A stretch of 64,000 nt of DNA from Catajapyx aquilonaris (lineage: Eukaryota): positions 1 to 64,000 of the forward strand of contig KZ538149.1 of assembly GCA_000934665.2 (NCBI GenBank). Direction: 5' to 3'. How positions within the stretch are numbered: position 1 is the first letter of the stretch; each line of letters opens with the position of its first letter. Positions 62,392-64,000 of this stretch are shown here, piece after piece. The position numbers and the translations under genes are program-made. Under the pieces are notes generated by a model, which worked only from the letters and a program-made list of their open reading frames with translations, was not told the origin of the DNA and made no database searches.

Positions 62392-64000
62392 TACTGGGTG
62401 TTTCATTTTTCTAGCAAATTTGTTGCAAAAATGTTGGACCGGAGAGGGTAATTTTAGACTTACCTGTGAAATTAAATCCTGAATGAATTTTTAACCGATA
62501 AAACTTTTACAATGTAGCCCGAATGATTATTGGTATAATAGGCCTAGGTACTCCATTCATCCTTTGTTCATCTTGACCTTCACAAAGTTTCTGCGAGAGA
62601 GTGAGATTCTTGATGAATGAGCAGTGACGTTTCCAGAGAGGGTCAGTCCCCTAAACAAAAGTCTTTCATTTGTCTATGTGTACATTGGTATATCGTCTAA
62701 ATCCACGATGTGTTTTTGCACTTAATGCACTCCTTTAATGATGCCGTGGCCTATTTTTGTTTCTGGAAGAAATCCCACGTTACAAGCGTCCCTTCAAAAA
62801 GACTTTGTGGCATGCTTTTACACTGATGAAGAAAGGCGCATTCTCTTACAAGAGCGATGGCAGGAAATTACTTGACAATTTCGGAGAACTCTTTGGAAGA
62901 TGTACCGCACTCTGCTTGCCTTTTAGATATTTCAGGTTTACATGCAGGGGCACAAAAACCAGGTCTTTATGCAGGAAATTTATAGTGTTGCTAACAGTCT
63001 GCACCATTCATCTGATCATTTTCTCCGAGAAAAAGTGACTGCATAAATAAATTTCCCTCCCATTCGACTTACAAATGACTCACTTACCTAATGTTGCAGC
63101 CATTTTTACTCTGCACCATTGCTCGCGACAGTTATATCAAAACTTCATACGTTCATTAGCAATTTATGTGGTGCGGAACATACGGTGAGTCACTAAATAT
63201 CCTATTTGATATTAGAACAAATGAAAGTACTCGCCACGATAATAATAACTATCTCTGAAAAAATTCTTCCTAAAATGATTGAAAGTGCATAATAAGCTTA
63301 AGCTTTTGACCAGAAGTATGTATTTATATTCTTTCTGCTAATATCCCGCTCTCACTGAAGCCACGATAATATCCAATCCGAAAGCCGCACCGTGTCCGAG
63401 CCCCGATGGATTTTTGGCAGTCTGTGCAGCTCGACTACTCGAACACACCTCATTAGCTTTCAATAACATTATTTGTCACAGATCGGGCTGGAGAATCCTC
63501 TCCTCTCCATCACCTCTCACAAATGCTATTGAAGTACTTCAGTTCATTATTTTTAAACCGACGGCCACGAGTGCTCATCACCACACATGCTGACCAAATT
63601 ACTCCCGAACATATCAATTTTTTGCACATTAATTTACTTAGAGGTGTCGCATGATTTGGAGGAAATTCAGACTATCATGCCCATAAACGTGTCATGTGAA
63701 CAGCCCTACAGGAACCGTAGAATCAATGAGAGGGCGATTCCATGTGCAAAGGGGAGAGTGAGAAGAGGATAGAAAAGAGAATATATTTCATATTGTTAAA
63801 ATACCAAGTAGATAATAAGAAACATAATGGACAGTTTGAGAATGACTTACGGGCGTTATATTGTAATTATGGTAAGTTATAATCACTCTGGATAAGTTTT
63901 TCTACTCACATAACACAATTATTATTGTAACTAATACATTTCTTAACCATCTCGCCGACGCGCTGTGTCCGTGCTCCACGGACAAACACTTTGAGAATTT

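Overview
Eukaryotic, insect-type genomic DNA: AT-rich, very repeat-dense, with three N gaps next to poly-G/C runs. The only host coding sequence I can support is the first coding exon (minus strand, 7887-7690) of a nicotinic acetylcholine receptor alpha subunit, best matching insect alpha3. It encodes a signal peptide plus [43 protein letters not shown] and ends at a GTAAGC donor. The next exon is not visible in 1-7689. The rest is intron, 5'-UTR intron or upstream DNA filled with non-autonomous mobile elements, many with readable TIRs and TSDs: Chapaev3-like foldbacks, hAT, PIF/Harbinger, Tc1/mariner/pogo, Sola-like and MULE-like MITEs, Helitron/Helentron-like elements, several tRNA-derived SINE families and an RTE-5'UTR-derived short retroelement. 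Superfamily labels come from terminus/TSD rules and recalled motifs, not database searches. I see no CRISPR or prokaryote-type system. The most notable signals are modular SINEs with swapped 3' tails, a chimeric RTE-head retroelement, a very high density of long hairpins around a neuronal receptor gene, multi-level nested insertions, and a perfect de novo inverted duplication inside a transposase relic.
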